DNA from: Chrysomallon squamiferum
Taxonomy: Eukaryota; Animalia; Mollusca
Assembly (NCBI GenBank): GCA_012295275.1
Contig: CM022676.1
Coordinates: forward strand, 13,330,001-13,394,000
Direction of reading: 5' to 3'
DNA length: 64,000 nt
This document shows, piece after piece, positions 39,177 through 64,000 of the stretch (positions are counted from its first letter, which is position 1; each line of letters begins with the position of its first letter). The notes beneath the pieces were generated by a model. The model saw only the letters and a program-made list of their open reading frames with translations. It was not told where the DNA came from and did not search any database. A program made the position numbers and the translations under genes.

Positions 39177-42100
39177 TTATTTTATTTTTATTTATTTTTA
39201 TTTTTTTTAGGAAAATTAAATTTCACTTGTTTCATTCTATATTATGGTCCATATTTCCAAACACTAATCATATCTATTTCTTAGTATATAAAATAAACTA
39301 ATAAAAACGTAACAATTGTATAGTCTGTAATAATAATAATAATAATTCACAATCCTAATGGGGAAATAATGTTATATTACAGCTGATTCACTTTTTGTGT
39401 TTTCCTCTTTTTTTTTCTAATTTCATTTGTCATTTGCATTAACCAATGCCTGTCCTTTCTTTTTCTCTTTCTTCTCATTTTTCATTGTCTTTGATCTGCA
39501 ACATCAAAAATTTGATGAGACGGCATTTTCAAAACAAAACCTTAAGGAGTTCAGTAATTTTGTTTTAAAATGAAATTAACTGATCAGTTAAATGCGCTTT
39601 AGTGCAGAAATAACAAGAATTATGTTAAATGAATTAATGAAGATCCTGAAAGTAACATGATAAAAGCAAATAGCAAATGGCTTGAATGACTTTCAGTTAA
39701 ATATTTTATCTACTCATATCAAAATAATGTTTTGCTTTTATCATACCTGTCTTTTTCTTTGTTTTCAGTTTAATTGTTCTGTTTGGTCTTAATAAGAACT
39801 GAATATTGGCTCAGGTTCAGCAATATTGGTTCTTCAAAGAATGTGAAACAAATTCAAGCTTCTGTCATCTTATATTGTATTTTTATTTTATTAAATTAGT
39901 TACATTAATAGAAAAGGAACAAAATAAAAAATTACAGAATAAAAAAACTGACGATATGTGTACATTATTCAATGCTATTAATTTAGATCACTAATAGTAA
40001 TAAAATATAACAGAACATTTAAACAAAATAAAAATATAATGAAACATACAAAAATAAACAGCAGCAGCAGTATCACCTGTAGAAATAGAACAAATGTAAC
40101 AATAGTAAAGCATTACTTTTATTATTCTAATTAAAGGGGCATATGGCGAAAATATATATTTTTTTTAAATCATTTTTTATTTATGTTATAGAATTGAAAC
40201 ATTTGAAATAATGTCGTTTCATTACATCATAAAATATTGGTTTATTATTTTATGACAAATGGCTATTTTTATTTATGTCTTTTTTTTATATATATATAAA
40301 TACCATTCAAATTGTTGGGCTTCTTCATAACACCAAAAAATTAATAATTACTTAAATACTTCAAAAGAAAGTAAAATATATATACATATATGACTTTTTT
40401 ATTTAGAAAAAACAACAGGAAAGTTATATAAAGATTATTTGAAAAGAAAAGATAATGTTTCCAAGATCTTCTTTCAGTCATTTTAAAGAGTTTGTTTCTA
40501 AATATATGCATTTCAAATTTGGAATCTTCAGCGCAAATACTTTCCATGTAACATCTTCCCCAAAATGTTTGGATAGTACCAAAAATGATAGATGATAAGA
40601 AAAAAGAAAAGAAAACAACAACAACAACAATAAAGAAAGGAAAAGAAAAACGACATGAAACATTTATATGAAAAAGTTAATTTGTATGACTGCTTTCTAA
40701 ATAGTCGAGTCAGAAACAAACAAACAATTTTGTTTATTCAAATTTTGTCACTTGCATACCCCCTTAACAACATATAAATTTAGGCATTCATTAACTATTA
40801 GTTATTTTCTTTATTAAAGTCCGTAGAGTGGCTAAAATGTAAGACAATATTTTCAAGAATACAACGTTACACAAGATTGAAAACAACACTAAATTAATTT
40901 TATAATGAAGGTAACATAATAATATATTTACACTTACCTGGTTTTTGCCTCTTTTTGCAGTCGCAGCATTAGTTGTATGATAGATCATATTATCCTCTAA
41001 AACTTAATGAAACAAACAAAATGTGAAATAGAAAAAAAGAAATATTTTTTTGGAGAGACTCAGAATATTTATAATCTACAGTTTATCACACACAATGCTT
41101 AGGACACAGCTAATAAAAGAAGAAGCTTGCTATGTAAGAAGCAATTTATATATTCATCTTCCCATAAACAGGAAATAATGCAACCAGTCTTTAATAAATT
41201 ATCTGTGGAGCACAGAGAGGATAAATCCTGCAGCCCATTACATCTGTATCAGGGCTAAATATTACAATTTAACTATAAACCACTTCTTATCATTGACATG
41301 TTGTTATGTGTCCAGTTCTTCATATTAACAGAAAATGACATGCTACAAGTCTTTAATTTTGTTTCTAAATAATTATTTAGTAATAAACATTTTATATTAC
41401 CAAAGAAAAATATTTTTTTCTAAAACTAGATCGTCTGAAGATAAAAGTTTAATATATAAAATATTATTCAAACTGATTAAGATGTGAAATAGCAAACTCT
41501 TTACTTTCTTTTCTTAAATAAAAAAGTCATCTGTGAAAAGATTTGCAAAAGCCTGGCAACTGTACGTTCTTTACACCATCATTACTTGATGTATAATACA
41601 AATCATTATCTTCCAACACTAAAATAAAACAGTATTAATAATAAAATGAAGGAAAAAGTGTTTGTATGAATTTATGTTTGTAACTTATGAAATAATACAT
41701 TTTATAATTAATTTATAGATTCTATATAATTTGATAACAAATAATAATAATAATAATAACAATAATAATAATAATAATAATAATAGTAATAACAATAATA
41801 ATAAATCAATAAATCAGTAAATCAATCAATAAATAAACAAATAAATAAATAATAAAATAATATAATAAATAAAATACCAATTAAAAAAACAAACAAACAA
41901 ACAAACAAACAAAGAAACAAAAAAATAATAAATTAAAAAAGAACGAAAACAGGAAGAAAAACAAAAAAGACTCCCCGCAAAAAAAAGCCAACAAAAAAAC
42001 CCAAAACAAAACAACAACAAAAAAAAGCATATTAATTATTAAGTAGCCTATCATGGTAAACTTAGTTTTCAGTTCATATTTTAAAACTATTTTTAATTTT

Positions 42101-45083
42101 TAATTTTTATTATGATACAACCCAGATTGTCGTTTCAGTATCAACAGCAAAGTTTTGAAACAAATCTTTAAAATCTGTTGTAAAATATTAAAGACAGATT
42201 TGTGGATGCCTAAAATGGAAACAATTCCTGGCAGATCAGAACAGATTTTTTTTTCTTTTTATGTATATGTGTATGTATGTATGTATGTATGTATGTATGT
42301 ATGTATGTATGTATATAAATATATTTAAAAACAAATCCGCAACACGATCACTAAAGAATTAAAATACCTTGACATGAATTGGCTGCCTATATCACATTTA
42401 GATTATTCATTTTAATATATGCAGATTCAAGAAAGTATAGTAATTAATTCCATTTTAAGATTATTTTAACTTCTTTTATAAAAAATATTAGAGACCCCCG
42501 AAATAATGATGTCTGTATTTAAGATTAGTAATTGTATCTAAATAGTCTGGTAGCTTCTACTGTTTCCTAAGAAACTAATAAACGATATTTCACACTCCAA
42601 ATAGATCTACAAATAACAAACAAAAAACAATCTGCATGAATAATAAAACAAATTGATTCCACAAATTTGTTTGGATAATTATCATATGATAAAGCATGGC
42701 ATTTCTTGAAAAAAAAAGAAAAAAAGTGAAAGGCTTCATAGCATGTTGGAGAAATTTTCAAGAGCAGGCACTCAGATTGTATCAGATGTATTCTTAACAA
42801 AATATATTACCTTTTTTACTTGCGAAAATAAATGGTCCACGTCTTCTAAGCAAAAAAACAACAAGTATCACTATGACAATAATGACAGTCACTGAACCAA
42901 CAGCTCCTCCTACAGCTGCACCAAGCAGAGAACTTGAATCGCCTGGATCTTCTAAAATTGAAATTATTTGATATCTTAAACAATAACTGTAAAGACAGAT
43001 GTAAAACAGTCTTTAAAAAATGTATTAATCCACAATTCTCATATATACCACATTTACTTTGTAAAAATATAGCTTTAACTGAATACTGAAACCTTTAAAC
43101 AAAACCAAGAAAAAAAAAAAAAAAAAAAAAAACAACAACAAAGAAACAATCTCCATTATTTTGTATAATTAGTAATTGAATCAGAAATTTCGTTTTAACT
43201 TTATATTATTTTTAAACGTTTTTACAATATACAATTTACTTGCTCTGTTGCAACGTCAAGTCTAACATATTTATTGATGTCATTTGAAAGTCTGATACTT
43301 TGAGCTGACAGTTGAATATTAGGTAGCATAACAAGAACTCTGTGTCTGATGTTGATGCTCTTTCTTGTTGGAACTCTTTAGGAGGAAGAGTTAGGTTCAC
43401 AGAAAATCCAACTTTATTACAGACAGTCAGTTTGTACGTTCCAATGTCATCCTGAGTAAAATTACAGATAATGAGAAAAAATGTGTAACCAGAATCTGTT
43501 ATTGTTTTACTGTGTATTTGAAATGTGATAGTTTCTCTTGTGACCTGAGTGTTGTTAAAATCAGTTTGATCATCAAATTTACTCCATGTAAAATTTGTGT
43601 AACTTGGTTTACAAAACACAGATTTGTGTAATACAACAGGATTTCCTATCTCAGCTCCCACAATGTTGTCTGTTTTGTTAATGATCTTGGGTGCAGCTGA
43701 AAGTAACATCCATTATATTAATTATAATCATGTGAACTATTGTATTATTAAGAAGACATTACATTTAAATGCAGGATATTTATTGTACCTGACTACAGCT
43801 TCTTTCCAATGACTTTTTCAATTTTAAGAGAAGATTCATGTTATCATTATTATTAGTGAAACTAAAAGAAACTGCAGAAACAAAGTATATAACAATTAAA
43901 TCTGCATATAAATATATCACAGGTGGAGCATATTTTTGTTCACTTTTCTATCTATTTCCCTGTTGTAATCTTATTTTCAGAATTAATATCCAGGTTATTT
44001 TCAAAATATATGAATGTTTATTTATTGTTATTTATTAAATCATTAGAACAGACAAGATAGTATAGTTAAAACAGATATATATATATATATTACTTTTAAT
44101 GCAAGTCATGTATGTGGATCTTTGTGTGATAATGTTTAATCAAAATTGTTGTTACATCATAGGACATTTCCTCTTTTACTCAAAAGTTACAGCTCTCTTA
44201 ATATTCTTTTCATCTCTACTTATGAAATAAACAGTGAATGTTGTATTGCACTAAACCCTTTTTCCTCCAATTATTGAGTCATATTTTTCATGATTATTCT
44301 GACATATTAGTAGCTAGAAGACACATACTTGTGACTTTGACAAATAATATATAAATATATGAAGTTTAAAGAAAAATGATATCTACCATAATTTGAAAAT
44401 CAAAGGGAAAATTAAATATGTAAACTAATTAAAGAGACACTTGTGTTGAACTGAAAGATGCAGTCTGTAGAAATACCAAAATACCATTAAATCAAGATCC
44501 AAATAATAATTAAACTGTAAAGAGCCAAACACATATTGTTTCAATAAATTTAAAATTCAGCAAAATTCAATACAAAATAAAATAACCGTCACATACATAT
44601 TATGAGTTTATATATATAAATATCAAGACATTTTATTTTCTTTCAGAGTACTCAACATTTCTTAGAACAAGATATGCCAATATTTACTGGAACGAAAAGT
44701 GTCAAAATACAAGAACTGTGTTTTATTTTCAGATGACTTTGGAACATTTTTGTGGAGTGTGAAGTTATTTGTAGCCTGACACATAAATATCTGTCTGTTG
44801 TCTGTGTAGGACAGATGTTTGAACAGCCAGTAGGAGTTTGTGTGTGTGTGAAATCTTTCACTCCCTTTTCAAACAAGACAATCACAAATGGGACACTGCA
44901 CGTCAGGTTTCTACTCTGACCTTCTAACAACACAGCGAATGTTCAGTGTGTCTCCTTCATAAATCATTGTTCTGTCTTGTATCCTAAAAACAGAAATTTT
45001 ACTAAGTCAAAAATTACATTTCAAATTGTTATTATCTGTTTAATGTCACATGAATAATTTAAAAAAGATATAATAATAATAAC

Positions 45084-45122
<39 letters not shown>

Positions 45123-45777
45123 AATGTCTTGCATTTCAGTGACAGAAATGTTGTACCCAAATCAGATTGTGAATCCTGAAGCAAATTCTCTCCAAAACAT
45201 ATTATAAGTAAATATTATAAATCTATTCATTATCATTATTGTCGTTGTTATTGTTAGAGTTATCGTTATTATTATAAAACAATATATTTTTACAGTATAC
45301 TAACAAATCAAACTCAATTTAGTCTTTTTTGTTTTGTTTCAGAGTTTTGTTGAGATATCTGAGAATTCTGAATTTCACACTCTATTTCATCTCCATCTTG
45401 ATACCACTGTGGAACCAAAACCAGATTCTGACTAAACAGCTTTCCTCCATCACCAGCGTCTTGTTCTCTGATTGGTTCGTTTGAAAAAAGCTTCTGACCA
45501 CTAGTGAGATTTCTGCAACTAAAGACAACACTGGGACTTGATGACGCACTATTACATGTCAAAGTCAAATTTCTGATTCCATCCGCATCAAAATTATTTT
45601 GGTTTCCAGTTATATTAGTTCTGTAAGGACGAACTAAAATTTAGAATATTTTAAGAATAAATATATTGCATCGTTAATGTTACAAAACATACAAGAAAGA
45701 TGTAGAAAAACGTTAAAAATTATTATTCTGTTTTAGATAAATGTTGAGTTATTTTCAAAACAAAATGCCATTAATCA

Positions 45778-45816
<39 letters not shown>

Positions 45817-46984
45817 CTGAAGAGTATAATGATTAGTACTTTCTTCATACCTGAAACCAGAAATTAACTAATTATTAGTGATAAAATTGTGAATGAAATA
45901 GTTTATTTTTGTGATAAAACTACCTGACCGAAAATAATTACTAACAGATGTTATTAAAGTTGCGACAATAAAAATGTAAACATACATGCTAGTTTTGTTG
46001 TAAATATCAAGTTTCTGGTTTCCACGTAGTTTCTGACTTGACAAGTGTAGTTCTGATTGTTGTACTTTCTGTTAATAGATTTCAAGACAAGAGTTTGTGT
46101 GTGTGTGTGAGTTCCATCAGGAGTTACCCAGCTTACTGTGCCAGCAGGTGTTCCTAGAAAAGTGGTGTTACACACACAAGTTCCACTCTGTCCTGACTCT
46201 ATGTAAGTATCTGGACACTCACCACTTGTAGAAGGAAAGTCTAGCGGACCTGTAAGTGAAAACTTCAAGATTAAAAAAATATGTTGAATTTAATTTAATT
46301 ATTTAATAAAATACCTGACTGCTGATTCTATATGATTTACAAAATGTATGTAATTTTGTAAGTTTGTTAAACAATGACACAGATTACACTCTCTAAAGTC
46401 GGCATCAATGTATATCAAATTAAGCCCAAAGTTTCAAGTCCTCTCCCGTGACCTCCGTGTTCATCAAATGGAACAGCCCGCTTATCGCTTCCCGAACCAG
46501 AACTTCAACTCACTTCATCTCTATCCCGAAGCCCATGATAGTTAACTGCAGTCGTCGGTTAAATCCACGGAATAGAAAAAAAGAATAAAAACAGATTACG
46601 ACAAAGGTATTCGTTGGATAAATTTCCAAGCTGTGTTAATTTGTCACACAAAATAAGCCACATTTTGTCCTCTAAGTAATGTAACTATAAAATGTGTAAT
46701 CAACCTTTAGAAGTTCATCATCATGTATTTTATTGTAAAATGGTTTTAAGAATTGTTAAGTTGAACTTTAATTATTTGCATACATCGGTAGTTAAAGACA
46801 GGTTATTTACTGGTTTTAATTATTAATACATATTTATTTTATATATATATATATATATATATATCAGTGCATTAATAAAATATCTTTATTTAGTACACGC
46901 AAAAGAAATGCATCTAAATAAATGCATCTTAGATAATCGTGTTTTACGTTAAACGTAGAGGATATTATCTATATTCGAAACAAA

Positions 46985-47021
<37 letters not shown>

Positions 47022-47396
47022 TGTTGTATCAATAATAATAATAAAAAGAAGAAAACAAAGAAGAAAAAGGAGAACACCTTTCTGGATAAGTGTTGGAATT
47101 TTGCATCATTTTCAGCACTTACTGAATGTTTATTTCTTTTTAGCAGAAAGACAGCGCTAGTGTTGTTTTAATCGAAAGTGGTCTTATTATAATTATTATT
47201 ATTTCATGAAAAATTAAAATATATTATGTTATTATTAGCTGTGCTATTCTGTTTTTAAAGTTACACAATGATTAACTCAAAGTTCTATTGAAATCAACAA
47301 TGGCAGAAGAAAACTAATTCGGTTTTAAATATCTACATTTTACATTATTATCAAACACAGAATACAGTTATTTCATTCGTAATGTTTTATTCATGA

Positions 47397-47431
<35 letters not shown>

Positions 47432-47940
47432 AGATCTTAAATAATGTTTCAGTTTGTAGACGAAAGTGAAGTTAGACCTGTGAGTGGATATCTGTGATAA
47501 TTATTTGAATTTTTCTTATGGTTTGATATAAAAACGATAAGGTTGGATTATTACCTAATTTTTTAAAATTTCACACTGTTTAGATGAAGCTGGGTCTTCA
47601 TAGTGCTATTCATTCACTTGTAATAGAGGCAGATTATATAATATACAGTGAAACAACTTTAAGTTAAATTTTAACATAAAACCAGCCCTAATCATCACAC
47701 AGATTGAATTAATGTTTTCACTACATCGTTTTTATCGGTAATATCTAACATGTTTGTTTTAATGTATCAACAAATAGATGAAAAAAAATATATAAATAAG
47801 TAAATAAATAAATAATAGATCAACAAAGAGATACAAAATATATAAATAAGTAAATACATAAATAATAGATTGAAGGAAACTTACCTGTACTGTATCTAAC
47901 AATTACGAGAGAAACAAGTAAATATCGCAAGAAAAGCCAT
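38600..47940 (-). pseudogene. Copy B: decayed inverted partial duplicate of the Ig receptor
   Basis: Leader-like exon 47885-47940; Ig3 45986-46249 (intact); Ig4 ~45306-45633 (W>C, stop, lost donor); Ig5/Ig6 fused by a deletion ~44720-44984; Ig7/Ig8 absent; Ig9/FN3 ~43243-43696 with deletions; TM 42811-42951; exon-15 copy with donor GT>GC; exon-16 copy with a 1-nt deletion; exon-17/18 copies with stops. Homology ends at ~38600, before the ITIM exons. Confidence 0.85.
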
Positions 47941-49022
47941 TGTGTATGCTGTGACTTAAATTGTTTCCTCCGAGTACACGAGTTGTACTCTATCTAGGTT
48001 AAGTTATTATTTCACATTTCTATGGCGCTGTCCAAAATTTATATATTTATTTCACTTTGTTTATTATATTTCACATGATTTCCTTTTCAGTTATTTGTCA
48101 GTAATCATATCTTGAAAGTCACGCTGTTTACAAAACATTTATATTTATAAAACGAAAGAACATTCTTGTCGTAGGCTTATACCAGTCAACTAACTCAGCA
48201 AAGAGTATACGACATTTATTATATCATTGAATGGTACAATGAATCTATAGCGGTCAATTCAGGTTTTTATGTCACCCACTTGAGAACCGGTCAGTAACTG
48301 AATATTTTATGCCTAATTCATTGTCAAATCATGTGTTTTTTTAAAAAACAAAAACAAAATATTTACACAGTATTACTTATTAACCAACGTATTATTTTAT
48401 CAGTTAAGTGTGGATATTTAAGTTAAGACATTTAATAAACTGATATGTAGCAGAGAGTGAACAGAGATGTAATAGAAGTAATTTGATTTGTTTTCTGGGA
48501 TAAAAATCCGCTCTCCAAATTGAAGTGGAAACATTCTGTGCTACAGATCACAACGTAAAGTAAAATGAAATGTTAAATTATCTGAATGAAATTAAACTAA
48601 GACAGTCAGCTTAAAATGGACAATTTTTATTACAGTAAATGTCAAATTCAAATGCCTCACTGCTACACATCTTCTGTGAAAATATCCGTTCCATAATTAA
48701 TTTAAGCAAATGTTACAAATAAAAATATATAAGTTCATGAAACGAGGATGACATTACATGTTTTCATACAGATATTTTAGGGTATAAAATTATGTATTAC
48801 TAACGAAGTCCGATCTCCATAAACAATCACTCGTGTGGCTTTAATTAAGTTCAACATCATTTAACAAAGAAACACAACTAAATTATATTTAATATTATTA
48901 CATTGTCACTTTATTACAGCTGTCTAACATAACTACATCATTTCATGAAATAATTGTAACGAATTAAGAAAAGAGGCTAAATATATCAATGTTACATGTT
49001 GTTTTTACTAATTTACAGAAAC

Positions 49023-49027
<5 letters not shown>

Positions 49028-49114
<87 letters not shown>
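49028..49114. repeat. (CT)n microsatellite just 3' of the gene C stop
   Basis: Perfect dinucleotide run. Confidence 0.95.
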
Positions 49115-49120
<6 letters not shown>

Positions 49121-49164
49121 CGTCCGAAAAATTTCATCTCTGCATTTTTTAGATGTTGAATCAA

Positions 49165-62707
<13,543 letters not shown>

Positions 62708-63507
62708 ATAATTATCTGCAGAGTGAGAACGATGCATATAACTTATTAAGCGAGAATAACGTTTACCACTCTCGTAGCAAATCCGGGGAAAGTTTCCAGA
62801 TTCGTAACAATAAAACAATGCTGTTGATAGCGCTGTGGTGTGAAAGCAGAAAGCGGCGTACTGAATCAAGTGTTGAACTGAGGTATCATAGACAACAAGG
62901 TAAATTCTTCTCACTGCGCCCACTGTATCAATTCTCGTAGCTGCGAGTGTCTGACTGGTTTATGAAAAGCAATGGAGGAGGGTACAAATATCAAAGATTT
63001 GCTGCTGGTAATTGAACATTAGTACTTCTTTAGATTACTGTTTGAATTTTCTACTAATATTACATTTTGGTCTTAATTATATATTTGATGTCATATGACA
63101 TGAATCATCGAATAAAACGGATTTTTCTTAACAAATAGCAATATCTGTACCACTGAATTTAAAAATGTACTATTCCATACTTATAAGTGTTTCCAATCTT
63201 GTGTCTGATCTGTCTAAGCATCTGGTGTTTTAATGAAATCCCGGATTTTGATACTGTCTTAATGTTCTAACAAATAAATAAATAAATAACTACTACTACT
63301 ACTACTACTACTACTATTACTGTAATAATACATGATTTGAACATTTTGGAATCCTAATTCTTTTAGCATTTATCTTATGTTTTGAAGTAGTTTCTATTAT
63401 ACATACATATTTTTGTTTTGGTTTTACAATCATTTGTTTTAAGCAGATCGCTTCTAGACAAGAATTCCTGGTGTTGATAATATTATTTGGTCTGTAAAGA
63501 GAGTTTA

Positions 63508-63510
<3 letters not shown>

Positions 63511-63560
<50 letters not shown>
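63511..63560. repeat. (AT)n microsatellite
   Basis: Perfect dinucleotide run. Confidence 0.95.
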
Positions 63561-63564
<4 letters not shown>

Positions 63565-64000
63565 CATCATGCGAACAGATCTTTCAAAAATAAAATTCCT
63601 TTATCTGCCCATATATTATGATAAACATATTTAATGTCAATTTTAACATGAGAATTATACCAAATCAGTAAACAGTATTTTTGTCCTGTCCCATGCAGCT
63701 TCACATTTCTCTAGAAAGTAAGTAATACATTTTTCGAAGGGGGATTGTTGCATATCAGTGATTTGCTTTTCTGTAGGCTGACTAATATTAATGAAGCTGT
63801 TGACTGTAAACAATTATTCAAAAGAGATGCAATGTCTTGGTTCAAATACATACTTTTAATTCTGAATTTGTTTTCCAGCCATATCATCGTTTTTTTTATT
63901 CCAAATCAACAGAAAGAAATAGATTTCTAATTTTTAATCTTTTCGGTTTGGCTGTGAAGAAAGAACATAAACAAATGTCGATAAAACTAAACTTTTGAAC

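Overview
AT-rich, intron-rich eukaryotic DNA with many microsatellites. It looks invertebrate (lophotrochozoan/mollusc-like; this is an inference). Bases 1.7-10.3 kb are a graveyard of transposon relics: hAT, MULE, a Sola2-type element with ~610-bp TIRs and a 4-bp TSD, and a LINE. The rest is a three-copy cluster of nephrin-like multi-Ig + FN3 type-I membrane receptors, spliced here by hand. Gene A (+, ~12848-36561, 21 exons) has a leader, 9 Ig, FN3, TM and a long Tyr-motif tail ending in two tandem ITIMs (LLYVGI, VEYVSI); it carries two in-frame TGA codons at Arg positions. Copy B (-, ~38600-47940) is a decayed inverted partial duplicate lacking the ITIM exons. Gene C (-, 49165-~62707) shares Ig1-Ig6 and their introns with gene A but has its own membrane-proximal Ig, FN3, TM and a short tail with a canonical ITAM (YECL-x7-YEKL). 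Its N-terminal Ig exon is tandemly duplicated, and the two copies differ at 26 amino acids but only about 3 purely silent codons. Best reading: an invertebrate paired inhibitory/activating Ig-receptor locus with a homogenised ectodomain and a diversifying N-terminal domain. All three copies carry lesions in this haplotype, so expression is unproven.
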